Shown here piece after piece: positions 1-11,615 of a stretch of 64,000 nt of DNA. The stretch lies in NCBI GenBank assembly GCA_016748015.1, contig JAAOMT010000512.1:1498893-1562892 (forward strand), given 5' to 3'. Below the pieces are notes generated by a model. The model did not search any database. It was given only the letters and a program-made list of their open reading frames with translations, and was not told the origin of the DNA. The position numbers and the translations under genes were made by a program. Origin of the DNA: Geosiphon pyriformis uo1 (taxonomy: Eukaryota > Fungi > Glomeromycota). How positions within the stretch are numbered: position 1 is the stretch's first letter; the number at the start of each line of letters is the position of its first letter.

Positions 1-507
1 AGTATTTAATACTTGATTATATTGGAACAATAACTCTTAATTATGATTATTAACAAAATACTAGCTTTTCTTGTCTTAGCTTATTTTTTATTTTATTTTT
101 TTATTTATTTTATTTTTTTTCTTTTGTTGTTTACTAATTGATTAAAAAAATTAATGTGCAGGATACAGATATTAAGATATAATATTGGTAAAAGACCCAA
201 AAATAAGAGTAAACACTCAAAATTGAGAATAGTTTACCAAAAAAATTATTAGCTATCATACTAAGAAAAAAATTGACAGAATTGCAATTCTGAAAAGTAA
301 TGGACAACAAAACATACTAACCCAAAGGTTAACACTTAAAACATTACTAAAGAAAATCTCTATTGAATCTCTGTTCATTATACTAAGGACTCAACTAAAG
401 CCTTCAGATTACTCAAAATCTTTAGATATTACCTATTGTATTAGCTATTAAGTACCAAGTTATGGATTTGTTATTTGCTTTGAGACCCCAAATAATCACT
501 TATAATA
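1..507 (+). repeat. 5' LTR (partial) of family 1 copy a
   Basis: Direct repeat of ~8958-9465; ends AATAATCACTTATAATA (decayed ...GTAACA). Confidence 0.9.
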
Positions 508-509
508 TT

Positions 510-525
510 TAATGCTCTCTGTAAG
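510..525 (+). promoter_or_regulatory. Putative decayed primer-binding site
   Basis: TAATGCTCTCTGTAAG 2 nt after the LTR end; reads TGGTGCTCTCTGTGAG if G>A decay is reversed. tRNA identity not determined. Confidence 0.4.
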
Positions 526-539
526 ATATAATTCAACAG

Positions 540-3500
540 AAAACCAGCACCAACAACAACCATCTGAAACAGTAACAGAATCAGAAGAAATAAGGACAAA
601 CCATTTGGAATTTGCAAAATCCTTATTCTAGTATTACAAAGATTATCTTAAATTAACAAATAATAATTGGCCAGCAGAATCAGCTTTCAATTGTTACATT
701 AATAAAAGAATCATATATTATTTGAGAAACCAAGGAGATCCAAAATTTGTCTTCAACAATTTCTTTAGTGAACTACTTCAAAGCATCACACTGCCACAGA
801 ATCATATATTTGCACCACTAATTACAGAAATAAACAGAAAAATTGAAAAGTACATTAAACAAAAATTCTCTATTACTTTTGCTAACAAAAAAAAAAGATT
901 ACAAACATCAACAGAAACTTCAAAACAAATACAATTACCTACTTGGAAGAAACAGAGAGTTGGTTCACTTGCTAATCTATTATATCATCACACACTCAAA
1001 AGTATTATCAATATAACATTAATAGACACATCTACTGCAAATATAATAATACCACTAAACAGAATCCCATTCCAAAATAAACAGAAGAAAACAAAATTAT
1101 TAGGAACATATAGCAATTATTTTGAGAGATTTAAATCACGATTTTCAATGCCATCAGAAGTTCAATTAACACCACCACAACCAGATTTTGAAGCTGCTAG
1201 TTTTTGGAAAATAACCAATTCCAAGGAAGAGAAAGATAACAATCAGGAAATTAATAATCAAAACCTGATCTCAAAAAACTCAGAAATACAAACTCCAATT
1301 GTTTCAACTCCACAAAATCAGAACAATTCAAATATTGCTCCTATTGTTCTCCAAAACTTACTTCTAGTAATTGTGATCAATTTACCACCAGGTGCATCAA
1401 TCACCAAGCAGCAACAACAACAGCCACAACTACCATCCCAACAGCAACTTCAATCATAATTTCAACTACAATCACAACTACAACAATTACTATTAATATC
1501 AATAGCACACATACCAATTGCAAAACTTGAAAAATTCACTGACAAAGAAGATAATATACAAGTATGACTCAATAACATAGAAAAAGCCATCACAGCCAAT
1601 GAATGAAATAACACCAGAGCAGTATAAACAATCCCATATTTTCTTCAGAATACTGCCAATTCATAATATTAAAGTCTGATTCAAAAAACCCAAAATTTTA
1701 ATGTATTCAAAGTTGAATTTTTGAAATATTTTAGTAACAATAATAGCATTAATTGTCTAGCCAATACTTTTACAACCATCAAACAAGGAGATACTAAAGT
1801 CATTACTACTTATCTAAAATGCTTCTATTAAAATTTATGCCAAATCCAAGCCATTGATGCCAATTATTTCACAATAACCCAAATCTTGAATTGGTTTATT
1901 CACAGATTACACAGCAGCATTCTACAATGCATACATCCATTACATTTGGCTATACTTTAAGCCATAGTTATACACACCAAAGATTTTGAATCAGCTGAAT
2001 TAGAAGCCAATCATGCTCAAGTCATAAATCTAGTGATAAATGGATCATCTGACTTGGATTTCAAATTGAAACAATTTAGTGATTCCATTAATTAAAAACT
2101 TGAGGAATACTTAGCTAATAATAATCAGACAATTTATCAACCTCCACAATGGCAAAATAATTCAGAAAACTTCAATTGTTTTTAAAATCAGGTATGACCA
2201 TTATTATCAATTAATTAATTATAGCAACCAGAAATGCACATCTGCTACAACTGTGAAAGACAAGACCATTTTAAAATAGATTGCTATGCCAAATTTGATA
2301 ACCAATGATTAAGAAATTAATATAAAAACCCCAATTGCTGGTTTCAAACTCCGAATTACCATCCAAATTAAGATCAATATCAATTTTATTATCTACCAAT
2401 GATGCAACAAATATACTTATCACCAATTTATCAGCCACTAATATCCATAATATATCAATTGCAGCCACAAATTATTTATTAACCTTAACAACTTTAGACA
2501 CTCTCACAAATTTCAGCTCAAATGTCCAAAAATCTAAGACTGAAAATTACCCACACCCAACAGAACTGGTGATTAGCAATGATAATACATCAGCCAATTT
2601 TCAGCTTATCACAAGAGTCATCAAGATTAAACCAGTAGAGTTCAGGAACTGGATACAACTAAAACCCAAATTCTCAGAACTATTTAAGTCTCTTGGTTAT
2701 ACCAGAAGATGTCAAAACTAACAAACAAGAACCCAATCAAACTTAACTACTTACCAACAACATACCTCCAGCAATTATTACTGAAAACAAATCACTTACT
2801 GCTATCTTTTTTTTTGAACTTAAGGAATTAGTTGAAATGCCATTATTTAGTGGAACTGCCCTAAAATCAAAACTCATTACAGCAATATATACTAATGTCA
2901 CTGTCAATAATCAACTCATCAAACTGATCTTGAACAGTAGATCAGCCAGCAGCATTATCACATAATAAATCATAGATCAATTAGATTACCAAGTTAATTG
3001 CACTGTTAGTGCACAAATAATTACTGCCAATGAAGTAACAAAGACTCTAATAAGTAAAATTGATGATTTTTCCTTTGAAGTTAGTGGTATTGTTACACCA
3101 ATCAAAGTTTTTATTATAGAAGCCACCCAGTACCAAGCACTTATTGGTAATAACTGGCTGTTTAAAACCAATGTTATTCTTAACTGAACTACATAAGAGC
3201 TCCAGTTTATTCAAAATGATTACCAAATTCAAGTATTTATTACTTGTGACCATTTTAGGACAAATACCACCCAACTGCCACTACTAATTGAATTCAAAGA
3301 AAAAACAAATAAACTTACCTGGGAAGCTTATCAAGTTTTATGAACTAACACTGACTACAACAAATTATTACTAATATTTTTTTGGGATGACAAAAAAAAA
3401 GAGAAGGAAAAAGACAAGTTACAAGAAAATACCATTATCAACAAAACTATTAGTAACTAAAAAAGAACATACTCAACCAATATTAGACCAAAACCACCAC

Positions 3501-6500
3501 ATATTCCACTTAAGTGCAAGGACTACAAGAAAAAGCTGCTCTTTATAAAAGTTTAGGTTGTACCTAATAAAGATTACTGGATATGCACACACTATTACTG
3601 CAAGTTATGCCACCATGAATGCTATGGCTACCCAAAAAGACAAAAAAAGTAGAACAATGAATTGTGTTTTGCTTATGGAAAAATTCTACTTGACAAAAAA
3701 ATGTAGAACAATATTCCTGGTTAAGAAAAAATATATGACATCTCATGTCAATACATGATTTTTATAAGTGATTGGATCAGCAAAAAAATGCTTTTTAATG
3801 CCATATAGAACCATGTTTTATTATGCTTAAACAATTATCTACATGATAAAAATAAGATTTGGAAAATGGCAAATGCCAAAATTGAAGGTGTTTTGTCCAG
3901 TGAAATATTAGAAATTAAAAATAACCTATTTGAACCAGCCAAAATGTTTCTTATTCCTAACCTAGATGCTTTTGTTAACATTAAAGCCAGTTTTGAAAAG
4001 TTCCATGAGCACTACCAAAATTTAGCACCAACCAGAGCAGAACAAAAACAGTAGTTAGAACAGTTAAATACTTGACTTTGTCAATACTGTTTAATTTCAT
4101 ATGACTTTCAATATTGTAATAAATGTAATCTTATTTACAATCTATTACTGTGCATGATTTATATGATCCCAGAAGAAAAAAACCAATTAACAGCTGTGCA
4201 TCAGAATCAGAATCAGAATCAAAATCAAAATTCAATTCCGATTCAAACTCTGATGATAATAACAAAAACAATAATTCTGGCTTAATTCTAAATGGCAATA
4301 ACAATAACAATAATTCAAACTCAGATTATAACCTCGAACTATATATTATGCTCCCTAATTTTTTTAAGAAGCAGGAATTAAAATGGTTCAGTAATAATAA
4401 TAAAGATATTATGCTAAAATGCATACATAATACTAATACAGAGTTTAACTTAAAATCTTCTAAAAAAAATGCCATCAAATTAGAATCATATTTAAACACA
4501 TATATTGATTTGAAAATAGCATTAAAAATTCCAGCAATAACAATGATTCAACTAGTATCTAGAAATAGTTTAGCAAAAAAAAGAATCAACATCAAAGGAG
4601 GAATAATTGATACAGGATACATAGAAAATAGAAAGAAATTAGGAATAACAGCCAGAGAGATAAATGAATTCGAATCTATGAGTAGAAATAGACATACTAA
4701 TTAATATGGCCAAAAAAAAAGTTGTTAACAAAAGAAAAATTATCTCCATCTGTCAACCAATTTTCTTCTTATTATATAACTAGTATATATTAACTATAAA
4801 AAAGAAAGTAAAGGATTAAGCCCAAATTTTTGAAGTAGAAGTTAGCATTTGTAAATCAGAAAAAATTGGAATTACCAATCTTTACATAAGCCAAAAGCCT
4901 TAAACACATTAAAATTCTAATCTACAATATAACTAAAAATATTATTAAGATATTAAAAGAAATTATTATAGGATACTTAAGCACCAAAGTTAAGAATTAA
5001 CCACTAAACTCCATTCTGAATTTTTCACAACTATGTAGATATGTAGATATTACATCACAAATAATATACAGATAAAAAGAATGCTATTTGCTCTAGCCAA
5101 AACAATTAGAACAAATGAATTTGGCAAATTTAGACCCACTATAACATATACAACTCAAAATGCTACTTAACAATTTTGCTGATATCTTTGCCAGTAAAAA
5201 TAAATTTGGCAAAACTGACATCATCCAGCACCAGATCAAGACTAGAGATACAATACCAATTAAATAAAGAGCATACAGAATACTACCAGCAAGCTATGAG
5301 ATCATCCAACAAGAAATTAACAGAATGTTGAACAATTAATTAATTCAATTATTAATGAGTTCATGGTTATTACCAGTGATATTAGTTCATAAGAAGAATA
5401 GAAAAATCTGTTTTTGTGTGGATTATAGAAAACTCAATAGCATAACTCATGAAAACAGCTATCTTATTTCATAAATCCAAAAATTATTTAATGCTTTCAG
5501 AGGAAAGAAATGATTCTCCATATTAGACTTGGATAATAGTTACTAGCAAGTAGCCATAAATTCAGCTGACAAAAAAAAAACCACATTCACTACTAGAAAA
5601 AAGAATTTTGAATTTGAAGTCATATTATTTGGCTTAACCAATACTTCAGCCATATTTCAATGGCTTATGAAAATTATGTATATTAGACTGCTATGAAAAT
5701 CAATAGTCATATATTTGGATAACATTAATGTGTTTTTAAGAACATTTGATGATCATTTGCATTATCTCCAGCAAGTGTTTGAGAGATTAAAAAAAGCAGA
5801 ATTGAAACTAAATACAACTAAGTGTTTTTTTGGAAAAATAGAATTGAAATTTCTAGGACATGTTATGAGCAAAATCAGCATTAAAACAGATCCAGACAAG
5901 ATTAAAATTGTCAAAACCTTTCCAGTACCCACAAATTTGATGAAACTATAAGTATTCTTGGAATTTACAGAATATTATTGCCACTTTATCCAAAACTTTT
6001 TCAAACTGGCTCAACCATTCCACCAGCTTCAAGCCAAGAATGTGAAATACAAATAGACTAAAAAACAACAAGAAGCTTTTAACACTTTAAGAAGAAAGCT
6101 CATCCAAGTATTAGTATTGATCTATCCAGATTACAACAAGCTATTTATTATTATCACTAATGTATCAGTCAAGCATTAGAAGCAGTACTATCTCAGAGAG
6201 AACCAGATGGAAAAAAACACTCAGTAGTATATGTTAGCTGAAGTTTAAGTTCAGCTAAAAAGAACTATAGAACACCAGCATTAAAATATTTAGCTATCTA
6301 TTGGGCAGTTATAAAATAAAAAGAATACTTAAGCCAGAAATTCAATATATATACTGATTACAAAGGATTAATATTAATCTAAAAGCAAGAAGTTGGAAAT
6401 AACTATCATGCCAAATAGAAAATAGAACTTTCATTATTCAAATATACTGTACATTATAAAAAAAGAAAAAAAAACAGAAATGCTAATAGTTTGTTACAAA

Positions 6501-7920
6501 TGAAACAAATCTAAAAATATTTTGACCAAAAAATATAACAAAAGATGAACCACAAAAATATCAACAACTTTAACATTATATTAATACTTGAGAGTTCAAG
6601 AAGAAATTATCTCAAAAAGAATAAAATAACATAAAACAACAATCAAAATATTTTATTGCTCACCAAAATATATTATATTGAAAAAACAAAAAGAATTCAA
6701 ATCAATCACTCAGAGTAATTACAAAATCAGAGAAAGAAACAATACTATACAACATGTATTCAGATCTAACAGCAGAATATTTTCATAAAGAAACAACCAT
6801 AAAAAAAACCAGAAAGAAATATTACTGGTCATTAATGTATTCAAATATTATCTAATACATTTAAAATTGTAACACTTGTCAAAAAAGAAAAGGAACAAGA
6901 CTTAACAAACCACTAAGACTAATTAGAATAAAACAACCATTTGACAGAATTGGAATTAACTTAATCAAACCATTAACAATAACCAGCAGAGGCAATCATT
7001 ATATAGCAGTAGTTATAGACTATTTTACCAAATGGCCAGAGGCAAAAACAATTCAAAGAACAAATGCAAAATTCATAGCTGAATTCGTTTATCAAGATTT
7101 AATTTGTCAGCATAGATGTCCAAAAAAATTGTTATCAGATTAAAAAACTTATTTTGTAAACAGAATATTAACAGAATTAAGCCAAAGATTTGAAATTAAG
7201 AGATCATTATTATCATTATATTATCCACAAACAAATGGTTTAGTTGAAAGATTTAACAGAATATTATATAAAACAATTGCCAAAATCAGCCAAAATTAGC
7301 CAAAAAAACCAAAATGAATGGAATTTGATTATACCATCAGTATTATTTGCTTATTAGACAATGAAGCAAAATACCACATAAGCAATATCATTTGAACTTG
7401 TTTATGATAGAACAGCAACATTATTAGTTGAGATAGATATTAATACATATCTAATAGAACCAATAACAGAAGCCAATTTATAAAGAATATTACTGAAAAA
7501 AACATATAAACTAATAGAAATGCTAGAAAACAAAAAACAAAGAGCAGCTAATAACATCTAGAAGTCACAAAAAAAACAAAAAGAATGACATAATAACCAA
7601 TTACCAGATAAATCAGTTAAATTCAAGATTGGAAACAAAGTACTCTTATATTATACCAAAGCAGAAAAACAATAAAGTAGAAAATTTGACCCCAAATGGA
7701 ATGGACTATTTCAAATTGAAGAAATTTTAGGAAATAGAGCTTATAAACTAAGATAAAACAACAAAATCTTAGCTAAAACAGCACATGAAGATTAATTAAA
7801 ACCATATTACAATATATTATTATTATTTATCAATAATAATCCACAACTAGGAGTACAATGAATACTAGTCCAACCAGATAAAATTCCATAAGATCTGAAA
7901 TCAATCATAATTATTAATTT
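540..7920 (+). pseudogene. gag-pol polyprotein pseudogene (gag, PR, Zn-rich domain, dUTPase, RT, RH, IN)
   Basis: CYNCERQDHFKIDC (2243); LILNSRSA from LILDSGSA (~2925); FCVDYRKLN (~5411); YLDNI from YLDD (~5713); RH region 6120-6500; integrase HHCC and QTNGLVERFN (~7230); GPF-like C-terminus. Many stops and frameshifts. Confidence 0.92.
4408..4690 (+). pseudogene. dut: Trimeric dUTPase domain within Gypsy pol (decayed, internally deleted)
   Basis: ORF 4150-4704: TEFNL (motif I AGFDL), SRNSLA (motif II RSSLA), GIIDTGY (motif III), AREINEFES (motif V RGxxGFGS); motif IV missing. Confidence 0.8.
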
Positions 7921-7989
7921 AAATACATTAAGTTAATTAACCAAAAAGTATATAAAGACATAATATATGTAACAAAAACAACAAAAAAA

Positions 7990-8631
7990 ATGGAAATATC
8001 AGATCATATTTACATTTTAGCTTAACAATTATTTCAGATCTTAAATCAACAACAATTAAACATAGAAATTGTTATCAGCCATCAAACAATCTGCTATTAA
8101 AACACCAAACAAGAAAAAAAAGCAAAGAATATACTATATCAGTAATTACAGAGCCAAACAAAACACTGGTCAAATAAAATAATAAAAAAAGTAAAAAATA
8201 CTTTTGGAAAAATACCCATCATAGTTTCAACAAAAGAATTCATAAAAAAAAATTGGAAATAGTGAATAAAACAACTTCTAATATTATACTGCTACTATTA
8301 ATTGGAACAAAAGTTGAATATTTAGAAGTTATATTTTAATAAATCTAAAAGAATATTCAATCAAGAGATAATTCAAAACATCGAAAACATTATTAGAAAA
8401 AAAACAAATCTGATAATACACATTAGAATAATTTATTGACTATACACAATATTTCAAAACTACTCAGAAATATTGCTACACCCTAATATAAAGACAATAA
8501 TTATTAACCAATGAAAGAGAATAAACAACTTATAAATTAAAAATATAAGAAACAAAATTAAACAAACAATATTAAAAAAAGAAGTCATAGACCTAATTCA
8601 AAACAAAGATTTCAATAGAGTTTAATATTAA
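7990..8631 (+). pseudogene. Family 1 third ORF (ORF3, ~213 aa, unknown function)
   Basis: ATG at 7990 to TAA at 8631 in one frame with internal stops; homologous to 61934-62569. Confidence 0.8.
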
Positions 8632-8644
8632 AAGAAAGAGATAA

Positions 8645-9465
8645 TATTACTCATAGAAAATACATACAAGAAAATAGTAGGAAAAACAGATAGACCAATA
8701 AGAGAATAGTAGTTAACATATAAGCATATTGCTCAGCAATATAAGCATTGCTTGAAAAATTATAACATATCACTTGAGAATATAAGCAATCTCATAAAAC
8801 CCAAATTATGTATATATAGCAAGAGCATTAGAAGCAGAAAAAAAAGAATCAATACCAAGATCTCTTAATTAAAACATCTTAGTTAGAATTATTAATATCA
8901 ATAAATAATTATTTGCCATCTAACTTACTTTTCTCATTATTAATACTTTATGTTGATAGTATTTGATACTTGATTATACTAGAACAATAGCTTTTAATTA
9001 TAACTATTGATAGAATACTAACTTTTCTTGTTTTGGCTTATTTTTTATTTTATTTCTTTATTTCTTTTATTTTCTTTTCTTTTGTTGTTTACTAATTGAT
9101 TAAAAAAATTAATGCATGGGGTATTGATGTTAAGATATAGCACTAATAAAAGACCCAAGAATAAGAATAAACACTCAAAATTGAAGATAGCTTATTAGGA
9201 GTATTGCTGGTCATCATGCTGAGAAAAAAATTGACAGAATTGCGATTCCAGAGAATAACAAACAACAAAACACACTAACTCAAGAGTTAATACTTAAAAC
9301 ATTACTAAAAGAAATCTCTATTAAATCTCTGTCTATTATATTAAGAACTCAACCAAAGCCTTTAGATCACTCAAAACCTTCAGATATTACCAATTGTATT
9401 AGCTATTAAGCATCAAATTACAGATTTGTTATTTGCTTTGAGATCCCAAATAATCATCTGTAATA
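8645..9465 (+). repeat. 3' LTR of family 1 copy a (821 bp)
   Basis: Preceded by purine tract AAAAGAAAGAGATAA; TATTAC...GTAATA (decayed TGTTAC...GTAACA); TATA-like TATATATAG near 8811. Confidence 0.9.
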
Positions 9466-11330
9466 TTGGTTAAGTTGTTGATTAATCCAATGAATTGCTT
9501 TTTGGCTGGTACAACACATGTTCTAATTTTGTGCAATCTGTCTTTAGGTAGTAATCTGCCTAATGTTTTTTAGGCTGGAAATGGAATTGTAGTTCTGAAT
9601 GTGTTGGACTCAGATTGCTATTTGGGTATGGTAAAGTTTCTTAAGAGGTATAATATTGTGTTTGTAAACCAGCTTTTAGATCATTATGACATGTGTTTCA
9701 CATGAAACACATTTCATAGATAGAAGAAGCTAGACTTTAGAGGTTCTGTTTCTGTCTGATTTAGTTTTCTGATTAAGTTTATTGGTAAAGATAGTTTGTC
9801 ATGTGGTAAATTGTTAGTTCTCCAGTTCATTTCTGTTAGTTTTTCTTGTGACTTCAGCTATATTTGCAAGCATTTGCTAAATTTTGAGCTGGATTCTGTG
9901 AACATCTACATGGATGGTTCTGTCAAAAATTTGGGATCAGTTGATGCTTGTAAAAATATTACTGCCTATTTTCCAGATGTGAACACTAGTGTTGAAATTA
10001 GAATAAATAGGTTGTTTTCTTCAACTTTGGTAGAGCTGTAGGTTATTGCTCTTGTTTTAGAATGTGTGTTTACATTTAAGTCAATTATTTTGTTTATAGA
10101 CAGTTAAGCTTTGTTGGACATGTGCTGCTCTTCTGATGGTGTGTCTAGTCCTGATTTTTATGATAAGTATTGAATTGAAAAGAAACATATTTGTCAGGTT
10201 ATTTTGAAAAAGAATTTGTTAGTTACATAGAATAAAGTCAAGAGTTATTCTGATGATATTGGGAATAAACATGCTAATTTCTATGCCAATATTACAGTTG
10301 ATTCTGAATCTTCTTTGTCTCTTGTGGTTCTATGTCATTTCTTTAATATTGAAGGCAGACCTGTCTCTGAAAATACTTATTACTTTGCTAAAAATTTATT
10401 TAATGCAGTTAATTTTGTTAGATGGGAAGCCAGATGTGTTGATGGCATCATAAATGTAAATTTCTGTGGTAATTTTGATATGACTAGGACTTTTAGTGTT
10501 TGGCACCCAGATGGCAAGATGTGATTTGGCTACATTAGCCTAGTGTTAATAATGCTTTAGTTATATTTTATAAAGACACTGTACCATTGTTTGCTGATGA
10601 CTAAAAGAAAAAGAAAATATAATTCAAAATATTCAAGTATTGCTTGCATTAGATGTAAGTTGATAGAAGACTTTAATCACATATTTTTTGCATTTATAAC
10701 AGCAATATCAAAAAAGAAATATTGTCAGATGTGGTTCTGAAATGAAAAGTTATGTTGGACAATTTTGCTAATAAGAGTGTAATTTTTTGGTCCTTGGGTG
10801 AAACTGCTTTGTCTATTAATTTGTACATGGCATTAGCTAAGAGATTTGTTCTGAAAAATTGGGTAATTAATATAGTATATTGCTTAAGCACTGATTCTGG
10901 AGATGGTGTAATAGTTGTTAAGTTGATTCATTATCTTGTTAAGAATCACAGATCTTCTATTTGGCTGTCTATAGCCAAGTTAAGATTCTACTATAAAAAC
11001 CATGACTTTTTCTCATGTGATAGTTACTCTGTTCCCTTGGTGTCTGGTTTGTTATCTTTGTAGTTTCCTCAGATAATTCATGATTTTGACATTAGATTAG
11101 ATGTCTATATTTGCTTTGGTCTACATTTTTGTTTGTTCAGATTGGACTTTGGTTTTTTGAATAATGTTTCTGTGCTGGGTGTTTTGGATATATAGTGTTG
11201 TCTTAATTAACTTGAGTGGCTGGTCATATGTAGAAAAAGCATGAGCCATGCTTAATTTATAATTTATTTTGATTTTATGTACTTAGGTAGTAATTAGACT
11301 GCATTTGTAAAACTTAATAAAAAAAAATAA
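9466..11330 (+). mobile_element. LINE A, 3' part of ORF2 (RNase H, C-terminal Cys finger) plus 3' UTR and A tail
   Basis: IYMDGSV and STLVEL RNase H motifs; conserved 3' UTR GAGTGGCTGGTCATATGTAGAAAA at ~11214; A-rich tail. Confidence 0.88.
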
Positions 11331-11615
11331 CAAACCAAATAAATTTATTGTTTTTAACTTGTTTTAAATACTTAATTGTTTTAAATATATTTATTTATTT
11401 GTTATATTTTTATTAAATTTTATTTTGTTATTTTATAAACTTTATAAATTATATATTTTTTAAAACTAATTAAAATTAAATTATTATTTTTTTTTTTGCT
11501 TAATGAGTGAAGTTCAAACACTACCTAGTGCTATACATCAAAGAAATAATCTAAACTAGGTGTGAATTATGCACTTTTTATATGTGACCAGCCACTCGAG
11601 CTGATCAGAACAACA

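Larger units (their letters stand above)
1..9465 (+). mobile_element. Ty3/Gypsy LTR retrotransposon, family 1 copy a (near full length, decayed; 5' LTR cut by window edge), inserted in LINE A
   Basis: Bases 1-507 match the 3' part of the LTR at 8645-9465. Internal order is gag (CCHC at 2243-2284), protease, Cys-rich domain, dUTPase, RT, RNase H, integrase, extra ORF, PPT. Confidence 0.95.
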
